From contig CAWGMQ010000011.1 of assembly GCA_963823665.1 (NCBI GenBank), positions 96,001 through 160,000 on the forward strand: a stretch of DNA of 64,000 nt. Reading direction: 5' to 3'. Source of the stretch: an uncultured Planctomycetota bacterium. GTDB lineage: Bacteria; Planctomycetota; Planctomycetia; Isosphaerales; Isosphaeraceae. The notes beneath the pieces were generated by a model. It had not been told where the DNA came from and made no database searches. It saw only the letters and a list, made by a program, of their open reading frames with translations. This document shows, piece after piece, positions 31,851 through 42,630 of the stretch; positions within the stretch are counted from its first letter, which is position 1, and the number at the start of each line of letters is the position of its first letter. A program made the translations under genes and the position numbers.

Positions 31851-34800
31851 ATGGATACCAATTCAAGCCCGCACCCGAGCGACCGGACGCTGAAATCGTA
31901 CAGTCTGGGCAAGCTTGACGACGTATCGGCCCAGGCGGTCAACAAACACCTGGAGCGGTGCGCCCCTTGTCGAACTCGGGCCGCCGAGGCATCGCCCGAC
32001 AGCTTCCTGGAGCGGGTTCGCGAAGCGCAGGTGCACGCAGGCGTTTCGACCTCTGAAAAGTCGGCACCGGGGGTGCAGCGAGAGAAGGGCACGAAGGTTC
32101 TGGCTCCGCCACCGGCCGCCACGCTTCCGCCTGGGCTGGCCGACCACGCGGAATACGAGATCAAGGGTGAGCTCGGCCGCGGCGGAATGGGCGTGGTGTA
32201 CCTGGCCCACAATACCATGATGGGTCGGGACGAGGTGCTCAAGGTGATGGGAAGGCACATCATGGAGCGGCCCGGCGTGCTCGATCGGTTCCTCCGCGAG
32301 ATTCGGGCCGTGGCCAAGCTTCGTCACCCCAATATCGTTACGGCGTACCACGCCACGATGCTTGGCGAAAGCACCGTCTTTGCGATGGAGTACGTCGAGG
32401 GCTACGACCTCGCGCAGCTTGTGAAGAGCCAGGGGCATTTGCCGGTGGCACTTGCCTGCAACTTTGTTTATCAGGCGGCTCTTGGGCTGCAACACGCCCA
32501 CGAGGAAGGGCTTGTGCACCGAGACATCAAGCCGGGCAACCTGATGCTCTCGCGTAAAGGAAAGAAGCCGACGATCAAGGTGCTGGATTTCGGGCTGGCC
32601 AAGGCGACCCGTGAAGAGAAGGTTGAAGGCGAGTTGACTTCGGAGGGACAGGCACTCGGCACGCCGGATTTCATGGCCCCCGAACAGATCATGGACGCCA
32701 TGAGCGCCGATATCAGGGCCGATATCTATAGCCTGGGTGGGACGCTGTATTACCTGCTGTCGGGCCGCCCGCCATTTCAGGCGAATTCGATGTACGACAT
32801 GTACCAAGCTCATATATCCCAGGATGCCAGCCCACTCAACCTTGTTCGCCCCGAGGTGCAGGCGGAGCTGGCGGCGTTGGTCGCCAAGATGATGGCCAAA
32901 GACCCGGCCAGGCGGTTTCAGACGCCGGGTGAGGTCGCGAAGGCTTTGCTGCCATTCTTCAAGGCTGGCAGCGCGAGGCCGATCTTCGAAACATCTCAAG
33001 TCAGCCAGACTCACGGAATTGTGCCGAGCGCCGAATTGGTCTCCACGCCATACCAACCTGCGTCGAGTGTGCGACGGCCGGTCGTTCGGGCCGAGAGAGC
33101 AACCGAGCACTGTTTAGCCGAGCCTCGATGAGAGCGCGCGGATCAGCTTCCTGTAGCCGGCAGTCCTTCCTATCCAACGGCCCCCGGCACGAATGCAAGC
33201 CGCCACCGACCGCGCTGGTCTTGGCCCGTTGTCGCCGCCCCGGCGGGGTTGGTGGCAATCCTGTTCGGAATCATCATTGCCATCATCATTGAGCGAAACC
33301 GCGTTACGGTCGTTGTGCAGAGGGACGATTCTCTAGCCAAGCCTGCGGTCGATCCTGGGAACGCGCCCATCAGTGCCGCGAAGAGGCCGGTTGTCAAAGC
33401 GCCGACGGACCAATTACAGTCGGCGGAACCGCGGTGGGAACCCCTGTTCAACGGCAGAGACCTCACGGGCTGGGTTTTCGACGGCGGAGAGAAGACGGGA
33501 TGGGAGTGGAAGAATGGGGAACTGGTGATGCACGCCGTCGAAAAAGACAATCTCGACCACCTGGGTTATCTCCTGAGCGAGCAGGAGTACACGGACTTTC
33601 GCTTGCGCTTTGAATTTCAGCCAAGTAGCCGCGCCGAAAGCGGCGTTGCATTTCGCGCGGTGCCGCACGAGACCGCACGCAATCTTAAAGTGACCCACCA
33701 TCATGACATGCCTTTTCACTTAACCGTATGGATTGGACAGGCCGGTACCCGAGATTTGACGGGCGCGGTGTGGTGTTCTCCCTTTGGCGACCTGACTGAA
33801 CAGTGGCTGCCGAACCACCGGGCGCAGTTGAAGCCGTCGGGTGAGTGGAATGCGATGGTGATTGAAATCCGAGGTCAATCCCTTCGGGTCGCCGTCAACG
33901 GCGATGAGAACCAGAACATCCCGCTCAACCGAGACCGGCCCATGAAAATCCCTCCTCCGGGGTTAGGTCGATTCGAGGGACGCGTGGGCTTTCTCAATCG
34001 AACCGGCGAGGTGCGGTTTCGAAATGTTGAAATTACGGAACTGGGTACAGCAGCAACGAAGGTTGTGCGGGCGAAGAATCCGCCGGCTAGGCCGCGCGAA
34101 GTTTTCAAGAACAGTGTCGGGATCGAATTGAGACTCATTCCGAATGGTGAATTCCTGATGGGCTCTCCCAGGGATGACAAGGATGCCGGCGACTCGGAAA
34201 AACCGCCACACCCGGTGAGGATCACTCGGAGCTTTTACCTGGGCGTCACCGAGGTAACGCGCGGCCAGTTCAGCCGGTTTGTCGATGCGACCGGCTACCA
34301 GACTGACGCGGAGAAAGACGGCAAAGGGGGCGGGGGCTGGAACCATGAGACAAAGAAGCTCGAGGCTAATGCGCGATTCACGTGGCGGAACGCCGGGTTT
34401 GAACAAACGAACGAGCATCCAGCGGTAAACCTGAGCTGGAACGATGCGCAAGCTTATATCGCCTGGCTCAGCCGTAAGGAAGGCAAGCGCTATCGTCTGC
34501 CGACCGAGGCGGAATGGGAGTATTCCTGCCGCGCTGGGACGAAGAGCCGGTACGCATGCGGCGCCGACCCGGAGGGCCTGGCGGCCGTTGGAAACGTTGC
34601 CGATCGAGCCGCCAGGGCTATATTTCCCGATTTCTGGTGGGCGATCGCCGCGTCCGATGGCTTCGCCCACACGGCACCGGTCGGTGGATTTCGACAAAAC
34701 AGTTTTGGATTACATGACATGCATGGCAACGTCTGGGAATGGTGCTCCGACGGGTACGACCCCAATTATTACAAAAGGTCGCCCAGAGATGATCCGCAAG

Positions 34801-36573
34801 GCGACCCGGGTGCCTCACGCCGCGTGATCCGCGGTGGGGGTTGGTTCAACCGACCCAGTACCTGCCGATCGGCGGAACGCGGGCCCTGGTTCGCGCCGAG
34901 CGACCGGAGCTTCGACGTCGGCTTTCGTTTGGCGATGGACGCGCCCGACGATGAAAGCGTGTCCGCGGACGCGGGCTCGCGCCGGAGCTCGCTCAATTCG
35001 GATAACGGAAATAATCAGGACCCGCCCCCTCCAGTGTCCGACGACGTAGATCGTCGAGCAGCAACGGCGGCATTGTCACTGCGCGGCACTGTGAAGATCC
35101 GCGTGAACGGCCAGGAGCAGCGAATCGAGCCAGGCAAGTCGCTGCCCAAGGACGCTCTCGAGCTGACGCACGTCCAGCTTGGCGACCAACCCGAGTTAAC
35201 CGACGCCGGGCTCGTGCCCTTTGCGGGGCTAACGAATCTCGTTGACCTCCGCCTGAGTAAGTCCCCGAAAATCACGGATGTCGGCTTCGCGCATTTGCGG
35301 AATCTGCCACGGCTCACGGGACTTTCTCTTGACGGCACCGGCATTACCGACGAAGGCCTGGCGAATTTGAAAGATCTGACGACGCTAAGCGCGCTCAATC
35401 TCGGGAACACAGCCGTTACTGATCGAGGGCTCGCGCATCTGGAGGGTCTCACGCGGCTTGTCTTCTTGAGCCTGGAAGGCTTGCGCGTGTCAGGCGCCGG
35501 ACTGATGCACCTGCGACGTCTGGAGCAGCTCGATACCCTCTGGCTGATGCGAACTTCCCTGACTGACGCCGGACTTGAGAACGTACGATCCTTGACGAAG
35601 CTGCGGCATCTGGCGCTCTGGGGCACTCAGGTGACGGACCTGGGGCTGGTGCACCTCCGGAGTCTGTCGCTGCTTGAGGGGCTCATGCTGGGCGGGACCC
35701 ACGTGAGCGAGAATGGATTGGCGAGTCTTGGCAGTCTCAGTCAACTCAAGCACCTCTGGCTCGACGGGACGCGAGTGACGGATTCCGGGCTCGCGCAACT
35801 GGAGGGCCTGACCGGGCTCAAAGAACTCGATCTGAACGGAACGGGCGTGACCGACGTTGGGCTCGGGCGCCTTCAGAAGCTACCGCAACTGGAGTTGCTG
35901 CGTTTGAACGGCACCCGCGTGAGCGACGCCGGTCTGGCGCTGATTGGTCCATTGCCAAAGCTCAGGAGTCTGTGGCTGGACGGAACTCGCGTGAGCGATG
36001 CCGGGCTCAAGCACTTGAAGGATGCGACCCAGCTCAAAGAGCTCCGGCTGAACAGGACCAGCTTGACGAACGATGGAATCATGCAGTTGCAACACTTGAC
36101 CCAACTCGAGGAGATCCAGTCCCAAGGTACGAATGTCACGGTGACGGGTGCGGGCGAGGCTCAGGAAAAAGATTCCAGCGTGCCGGATCGTGACCGATCC
36201 TGCTGGAACGACAGATCTCGAAAAACTGCAGGGGAGCTGGGTCGAGAATTCCTGCGAAGATTCTGGGCAGGAAATCGGGGTTGGCCGTCAACGCCAGGCC
36301 TGGGTCATGAATTTCAACGGAAATCGGTACAACCTTACGGATGATGCCGGTGTGGTCCAGGATTCACCCTTCGCCCTCATGCCGGGATTAGTGCCCAGGG
36401 CCATAGACATTCATCGCTTCGAAGGCAAAGGTCCAACGATCCAGGGTATCTATGTGCTTGATGGCGACACTCTGAGAACGTGCTGGACGAGTCCAGGTTT
36501 CGCGCGGCCGACCGAGTTCAGCACGAAGCAAGGGACTGGCTTCCTCTTGCAGACCTGGCAACGATCTCGCTAA
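31851..36573 (+). CDS. Multidomain Ser/Thr kinase: Zn-finger, kinase, DUF1080, FGE-sulfatase, LRR, TIGR03067-like (frameshifted)
   Basis: HLERCAPC; GRGGMGVV, HRDIKPGN, DFGLAK; LFNGRDLTGW; RLPTEAEWEY..MHGNVWEW; about 14 LRRs; LQGSW..GIYVLDGDTL; breaks near 33130-33250 and 36160. Confidence 0.85.
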
Positions 36574-36739
36574 GTCGCGACACGTTGGGTCACAGGCATC
36601 GACTCGCTGTCATGAGAGGGCCACGCGGTGTCCGCCTCTCTCCTGTTCGCTCAACTCCGACATTGGTCTGGGCGATTGGGTCTCTACGACTCGGATGGGT
36701 TTCACGTAACCACGCTGGAATGGGTAAGACCCGGGATCG

Positions 36740-37522
36740 AGACTCCTTTTTCGCCAGGGACCCAGACACCCACCCTCTGCAGTCGGTCCCGCGGAAAGCC
36801 ACACGCACGTGACTCGCACCGGTTCGCGTCCCGCGATCGCTGGGTACCTCGCGGCCGACGCCGCGCACAGCACGCGCTTTGTCACGCACGGTTAGCAACC
36901 AGGTGCGCTCGGCTACGTTGCCGGCGTTTGCACGCGTCAATTGCTGCGAACCGCTTGATATTGACGGCCATGCTTCGTCGCTTGCCGCGCCGGCGAAGGA
37001 GACGACGCAGGCTGGCCTCGAATCCAATCGAATTCCGGGTCAGCCGCTGCGACCAGCGCTAGCGAGCGAGCGAGCGAGTCGCTTACCTACAGAAACGCGA
37101 CTTGCACGGCCGCCTTGCCCTGAAACCAGCGCCGCGAGCAACGCGGTGCAGCGCACACAAGCAAACTCGCTCGACCTGCCGCTTGCTTGAACATGCGACC
37201 GCTGCGCACCGTGTGCACCCAATTCGATTGATCCACCCCCAGCCGGTCCAGGATGGGAGCCAGGTCTTCAGAGATTGCCCCACGCTTGTCCCGCCCCCCC
37301 GGCCCGTTCAATCGAGCAGCATGACGTACTTCTGGTCTCGATCGGCAGAAACCCTTGATCCGATGCCCGCGGAGGGAGCGGCAGTGTTGACACCGCTTGG
37401 AGCGGCACGGTTGATACCGCGGCAGAACAGCCAGCAGGTGCCCGACACCCCGCGGCATCGACATGGTCGCTCGCGACTGGTCCGCGCGGCGAAACCATTT
37501 CTGAAGGTGCAGCGGCGAGCTT
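36740..37522 (-). mobile_element. Degenerate HUH/Y1 (RAYT-like) element, copy 2
   Basis: C-terminal DKRGAISEDLAPILDRLGVD..NWV..GRMFKQAAGR..QGKAAVQVAFL matches copy 1; shares about 330 bp of downstream non-coding DNA with copy 1. Confidence 0.75.
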
Positions 37523-37774
37523 GGAAGCAACGACGGTTTGCTTGGAGCAAACCAGAAGTTCAGACGGCCGTCGCCGCGACTGCTTCGGCAGGAGCCCGGT
37601 GGCGACATTTGGATGAGGGATGCCGTCTCCACATCAGATCGGTGCGTGTCTGCCTCCCTTCCAAGGAAGAAATCGACACCTCCTACACCACGGAATCGTC
37701 AAGCAGGGCAACATGAACCTTGGCACCCTGGAATTCAAGTTGTTGAAGAAGTAAGATCCAATCCGAAAACCGGC

Positions 37775-37822
37775 GGGGACTGTCCGAGTTTCGCAAGTTC
37801 CGCCGAGCAAAATGAGATTGTT
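37775..37822. repeat. Degenerate planctomycete REP-like element (GGGGACTGTCC...GCAAAATG)
   Basis: Resembles intergenic GGGACTGTCCC-type palindromes; single degenerate copy, recognised from memory. Confidence 0.35.
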
Positions 37823-37853
37823 CGCGTCTCATAGACGGTACCCGGAGTGAGTC

Positions 37854-40181
37854 ATGGGCAGACCGCGTTCATGCGCAAGCGTTTGGACCAGGCTCATCGC
37901 GTTCGCGTCGATCATCACTTGCGTTTTCGGTTTGGCCGAAACGACGCTGGCGGGCGGACAATATGTGCAAGTCAGTTACGCCGCGTCAGCCGAAGCGGAC
38001 GAACTGCAAGTCGCCGTCACTTATACCATGTGGATTCCCGACGGTGTCCCGCGCCTGCGCGGCGTGATTGTTCACCAGCACGGCGCCGGAACCACAGCCT
38101 CGAAGGAAGGTTCTACTGCCGCCTATGACCTGCACTGGCAGGCGCTGGCGAAGAAATGGGACTGCGCGCTCCTGGGCCCATCGTATCACGTGCTCCACCA
38201 ACTAAATGACCTCTCCCCCCGCAGCTCGCAACTTTGGTTCGATCCGCGCAGAGGCTCGGAAAAGGCCTTTCTCAAGGCACTCCGCGATCTGGGCGCCAAG
38301 TCTGGTCATCCCGAATTGGAGACCATTCCTTGGGCCCTCTGGGGACATTCGGGAGGCGGGATCTGGGCGGATGTGATGAATACGATGCATCCGGATCGCA
38401 TCGTGGCGATGTGGCTCCGCTCCGGATCAGTGGCGCAGTTCCGAACGCATGATGAGTTCCCGCAGCCGCAAGTCCCGGCCGCCGCTTATGCAATCCCCAT
38501 CATGCTTAACCCCGGCGTGAAGGAAAAGGCGACCTTCAAGCCCAACCCGAAAGGCAAAGAGAAGGGGCCGTGGTACGGCAATCTCGCCACCTTTCACGAA
38601 TATCGAGCCGCGGACGCCCTCGTCGGCTTCGCGCCGGACCCGCGCACCGACCACGAATGCGGCGACTCGCGTTACCTGGCTATCTTGTACCTTGATGCGT
38701 GCTTGGCGATGCGCTTGCCGGACAAGGGAAGCAAAACGCAAACCCTTAAACCGATGGATACGAGCAAAGCGTGGCTGGCGCCACTTACGGGCAACGAGGC
38801 GGTGCCATGCGCGGCATTCAAGGGCGATCTCAAGGAATCCGTTTGGCTGCCCAATCAAGCGGTGGCGAAGGCGTGGATGGAATACGTCAAAACCGGCGCC
38901 GTCAGCGACACGACTCCTCCGCCGGCGCCCGCCGACGTAAAAGTCTGGCCCAAAGGCGCAAAGGGAGAGGAAGGTGCGGAAATCGTCTGGACGGCCGAGG
39001 CCGATTTCGAGAGCGGTATCGGCGGCTTCATCGTGTTGCGGGACGGGCAAGAATTGGCGAAGCTGCCGGAGACGCCGGTCGGCAGATTCGGGCGGCCTTT
39101 GTTTCAATCCATGACGTATCACGACACGCCGGCGCAGCCACTTCCGGAAACCCGATACTTCGACGCAACCTTCAAACCCGTCGCCAAGCACAGCTACCAA
39201 ATCATCACGGTGAACAGCGTCGGCTTGAAGTCGGAGCCGTCGATCAAGGCCGAGGCGTATCCGCGGGCCAACACCTCCACGTGGTATCGAGTGGATCCGA
39301 ACTGGCCCGAAACTCGCGACAAGCTCGGTTGGGGGCCGATGTCCGGCGTGGCGGTGGACGGTCAAGACAATGTGTGGGTGCTTGCCAGATCGAATCCGCC
39401 CGTTCGCGTCTACAAGCCGAACGGAACATTCACACGAGCGTGGGGAACCGGGTTGCTCGACACGCCGCATCAATTGAAGCTGGACCACCAGGGCAATGTT
39501 TGGCTGGTCGATTCGGGCAACCATGTCGTGCTTCGGTGCACCGATGAAGGAAAAGTGATCCGCACTCTCGGCACGCGCGGTGAGGCGGGTAGCGACGAGC
39601 GCCATTTCAACCGGCCCGCTGACGTGGCCATCACACCCGAGGGTGATGTCTTCGTCGCGGACGGCTACGGCAACTCCCGCGTGGTCCATTTCGACAAAAA
39701 CGGCAAATTCGTCAACTCATGGGGCAGACTTGGCACGGAACCGGGCGAATTCAGCCTGCCGCACGCCATCGCCCTGGATTCCAAAGGTCGGCTCTATGTG
39801 GCCGACCGTAACAATGTTCGAATCCAGGTTTTTGACCAGGACGGAAGTTTCCTTGACCAATGGCGGAACATCGTCGTACCGTGCGCTTTCTGGATGACCA
39901 AGGACGACGAACTCTGGGTATGCGGTTCCTCCCCCATGCCCTGGCGCGAGGATGACAAAGTCCTGGGTTATCCTCCCGTTAACCAACTTTTCATGAAATT
40001 CAATACGTCGGGCAAATTACTCCAACTCTGGTCTGTTCCGCTAGGGGAAGACGGCAAGGAGCGGCCGGGCGATTTGAATTGGGCGCACGGCCTCGCTCTG
40101 GACTCCAAAGGAAATATCTACGCGGTGGACATCAAGGGCAAGCGGGCCCAGAAATTCGTGCCGCAGGACTTCCGTCCGTAG
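37854..40181 (+). CDS. Secreted alpha/beta-hydrolase-like protein fused to an NHL-repeat (PAL-like) beta-propeller
   Basis: Signal peptide; WGHSGGG nucleophile elbow; FNRPADVA..VFVADGYGNSRV, FSLPHAIA..LYVADRNN.RIQVF. Confidence 0.85.
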   Translation: MGRPRSCASVWTRLIAFASIITCVFGLAETTLAGGQYVQVSYAASAEADELQVAVTYTMWIPDGVPRLRGVIVHQHGAGTTASKEGSTAAYDLHWQALAKKWDCALLGPSYHVLHQLNDLSPRSSQLWFDPRRGSEKAFLKALRDLGAKSGHPELETIPWALWGHSGGGIWADVMNTMHPDRIVAMWLRSGSVAQFRTHDEFPQPQVPAAAYAIPIMLNPGVKEKATFKPNPKGKEKGPWYGNLATFHEYRAADALVGFAPDPRTDHECGDSRYLAILYLDACLAMRLPDKGSKTQTLKPMDTSKAWLAPLTGNEAVPCAAFKGDLKESVWLPNQAVAKAWMEYVKTGAVSDTTPPPAPADVKVWPKGAKGEEGAEIVWTAEADFESGIGGFIVLRDGQELAKLPETPVGRFGRPLFQSMTYHDTPAQPLPETRYFDATFKPVAKHSYQIITVNSVGLKSEPSIKAEAYPRANTSTWYRVDPNWPETRDKLGWGPMSGVAVDGQDNVWVLARSNPPVRVYKPNGTFTRAWGTGLLDTPHQLKLDHQGNVWLVDSGNHVVLRCTDEGKVIRTLGTRGEAGSDERHFNRPADVAITPEGDVFVADGYGNSRVVHFDKNGKFVNSWGRLGTEPGEFSLPHAIALDSKGRLYVADRNNVRIQVFDQDGSFLDQWRNIVVPCAFWMTKDDELWVCGSSPMPWREDDKVLGYPPVNQLFMKFNTSGKLLQLWSVPLGEDGKERPGDLNWAHGLALDSKGNIYAVDIKGKRAQKFVPQDFRP

Positions 40182-40366
40182 ATGCAACAGGCAGGCACTG
40201 GTAGCGATCAAGGGGGGAAGTAAAGAAATGGGGACGACGGCGGGACGAGCACCGGACGTTCCACTCCTCGCTCCTCGGTAAGATCGACGAATGGCACGTA
40301 GATTTTTCTAAATTACTTGATCATATCGAGTTAAATCTCCTTTCGGGGCTTGGTCAGGCGGTCGAC

Positions 40367-40443
40367 GCCCCGCGGCATCGACATGGTCGCTCGCGACTGG
40401 TCAGCGCGGCGAAACCATTTCTGAAGGTGCAGCCGGCGAGCTT
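40367..40443 (-). mobile_element. About 75-bp 5'-end fragment of the Y1 element
   Basis: Near-identical to about 37447-37522 (CCCCGCGGCATCGACATGGTCGCTCGCGACTGGTC...GGCGAGCTT). Confidence 0.75.
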
Positions 40444-40564
40444 TCGGCCTGCCCGCTTCCGGGCACACCTTAGCTGTGCGCCGTGTGAAGTTTTTGATCT
40501 ACAGTGGGTGCAATTCCCACCCGGCAACTGGGTCGCTCCAGCCGGTGGTCCGTGGAGATCGCTC

Positions 40565-40705
40565 ATGGTCGAGGAGTTGATCATCGCGCGTGTGGACGGA
40601 CTCCCGCTCAACCGGTTTGCGGAAATGCTCGCAGAGAGCGAGGCTTCGGGGTATCGGTTCCTGCGCCGGGTGGTTACTGGAATCGGGCGGCTGAACGGGC
40701 GGTGA
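40565..40705 (+). pseudogene. Truncated N-terminus of a GNAT-like acetyltransferase
   Basis: MLAESEASGYRFLRRVV motif; ends at the convergent gene. Confidence 0.45.
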
Positions 40706-40710
40706 GACAA

Positions 40711-41887
40711 TCACAGGTAAGAGAGCCAGGTGTCGTTTCGCCGCGCTTTGAGCTGCGCGAACGAGCGGCAAGGGAAGTAGAGCACAACGACGACCGCCGC
40801 GGTGACGAGGTAGAGCAATCCAAGGCTCCAATCGTAGCCGTCCGGCGGTCGGCCCGGCCGCATCGGGTGGTTACCGAAGAGCCAGCCGGTCGCAGCAGGC
40901 GAACGCACAAGCGAGATACCGAGAGCCATCGCATGAGCGAGTGGGATATGCAGCAGATAGAAGAACAACGGTACGCGCCCGAATACGGTCAACCACCGTG
41001 CGACGCGGCCATTCGCTCGTTCAAGTAAGGGCAGAACAGCGATGGTCGGCCCGAGCGTCATGAGCAGAAAGAGGAGTGATGCAGGATATTTCGTGGCCGT
41101 CAGGAACGTGATCCAGAGCGGAACCTGCGCATTCGAGCTCGGACCACGAGCCAGGTAGACGGTCACGCACTGCGCGATGGCAAAGGCCGCGATTGCCGCG
41201 CCGCCGATCGCGTAGCATGCCCGCTCGCGCCGCTCCGCGCTCATTCGAAACACGGCGCCGAAAGCGTGGCCGGCTGCCATGACGCCGATCCAGGGAATGA
41301 TGGAGTAGAGCACCCAGAAATTAGGTTGGCTGCGGCCGATCGCGATGCCGCCGCCGAAATAGAGGATGCGCCAAAACGGGCCGAGCTTCCCTTGCAACAG
41401 CGATTCGTGAGACCCTTGGAACTGAAGCGCGATGAGGTTGTGACCAGCGATGATGACCAAACCCAAGACCGCATTTGCGATCTTGGGCAACCGCACGAGC
41501 ACAGCCATCACGATCATGCACCAGCCAAGCATCCAGATGACGCCGGCGAGCATGTAGTTTGCGAATTCCACGTTGAATGTCCACGCCAGCCGCAAGTATG
41601 TGAGCTCGAGCAGCACGAGCCACGCGCCGCGGACGACAAGCCAGCGGCTGAGCGCGGCCCGGTCTTTCACGCGCTCGCCGTGCAGAAATATCGAGACACC
41701 GGCGAGAAACACGAACGCCGGCGCGCAGAAATTCGTGATCCATCTCGTCAAGAAGATGCCGGTAGCGGATCCGCCGGCGGGAATGCCGGAATAAACTCGT
41801 ACGTGATCGAGTGCCATGAGCACCATCACGGCGCCGCGTACGACGTCGATCGATCGAATGCGGCTCGTTCTGATTGATGGTTGTCAT
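40711..41887 (-). CDS. DUF1624 / heparan-alpha-glucosaminide N-acetyltransferase-like membrane protein
   Basis: RIRSIDVVRGAVMVLMALDHVR, RWITNFCAPAFVFLAG, KYPASLLFLLMTLG, FGRVPLFFYLLH; apparent frameshift just after ATG 41887. Confidence 0.85.
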
Positions 41888-41995
41888 GCGGCGAGATTAC
41901 CATCGCGCTCGGCACCGTACAACGATTTGTCGGCGAGCGGACTTCAATCGCGTGTGCCCGCCATCTGCAATACGCGGCTCCGATAATCCTCGGTA

Positions 41996-42283
41996 CGAAG
42001 CTGATTCGTCATGCGTGCGCGGCTGCGGATGCTCGTCGGCAAAATGATGCAGAAGTACGATCGCCTGCAACGCTGGGTCGGTATTGACGACGTCTTGCAG
42101 AGCGCCATCGTGCGGCTACTGCGCGCGCTGGGCTCGACGCCGGTCACGTCCGTGCAGGACTTCTTTTCGCTGGCGGCGCTTCAGATCCGCCGCGAGCTGA
42201 TCGACTTATGCCGGCATTATTTCGGCCCGCACGGCGCGGGGGCGAACCATGAAAGCGCGGGTCGACGGTTCGCCGGACGCTGA
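41996..42283 (+). pseudogene. ECF sigma factor fragment (region 2 only)
   Basis: RLRMLVGKMM..RLQRW..DDVLQSAIVRLLRAL..DFFSLAALQIRRELIDL.RHY; no region 4; lies upstream of a kinase. Confidence 0.7.
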
Positions 42284-42630
42284 CTGGCGGCCACTCGTTG
42301 AACCGGTTGGCGCCGATGAGAATCAACAAGAACTGGCCTTCTGATTGACCTGGCTCGCGTAAACGCCGCTGAAAGAGAACGTCGGGGCGGCTGGGACAAG
42401 CCGGGGTGCAGGGAACCGCGAAGGCTTTCCAAGGTCGGTGAGGGTTGTACAATACGAGTCAGGATGGCGAACCTCCAGGTCAGGATCGGGTCAAGCCAAC
42501 CCCATTCTATGCTGGAGGGACCGCGCCGGAACTCTGTTCAGCCGTGCCCTCGATCATCAAGCGCTTTTCGCCAGAGCTCCGGTTGGAGGTTCTGGCGACG
42601 CGGACGGTTGTTAGAGCGGGAGACTGCGGC

